Shown here in pieces: positions 30,753 through 32,000 of a stretch of DNA of 32,000 nucleotides. Origin of the DNA: Synechococcus sp. A15-28 (GTDB taxonomy: Bacteria > Cyanobacteriota > Cyanobacteriia > PCC-6307 > Cyanobiaceae); assembly GCF_014280175.1 (NCBI RefSeq), contig NZ_CP047931.1:90001-122000 (forward strand). Reading direction: 5' to 3'. Both the position numbers and the translations under genes were made by a program. Within the stretch, counting starts at the first letter, position 1. The number at the start of each line of letters is the position of its first letter. The notes beneath the pieces were generated by a model, which was not told the DNA's origin, did not search any database, and worked only from the letters and a program-made list of their open reading frames with translations.

Positions 30753-32000
<1,248 letters not shown>

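Overview
The window looks like marine picocyanobacterial (Synechococcus-type) chromosome. GC-rich core genes are secA, cysE, infC, miaA, gyrB, tandem crcB, gpx, mgtE, a group-2 sigma factor, mutY, tsaE and ahcY. They are interrupted by AT-rich accessory segments at about 1-7600 and 24550-27300. The left island holds a truncated ORF at the window edge (MANYLINSAGQVATGTDDAELFLVNTGAV...), resembling the start of a repeat-type surface protein. It also holds three glycosyltransferases, two TPR proteins (one with a C-terminal glycosyltransferase-like domain split by an in-frame TGA) and a Cys-type sulfatase. Four unrelated-looking sulfotransferase-like P-loop ORFs are scattered through the rest of the window, one in an apparent overlapping operon with cysE. 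The most interesting reading, which is inference, is a surface-glycan or glycoprotein locus with an unusual emphasis on sulfation and desulfation next to secA. The strongest direct observations are the in-frame stop in the TPR/glycosyltransferase gene, a truncated dienelactone-hydrolase remnant, the multiplicity of sulfotransferase-like genes, the mosaic hydrolase/sulfotransferase junction, and a non-coding-looking segment with several inverted repeats upstream of mutY. No CRISPR array, rRNA, tRNA or transposase was recognised.
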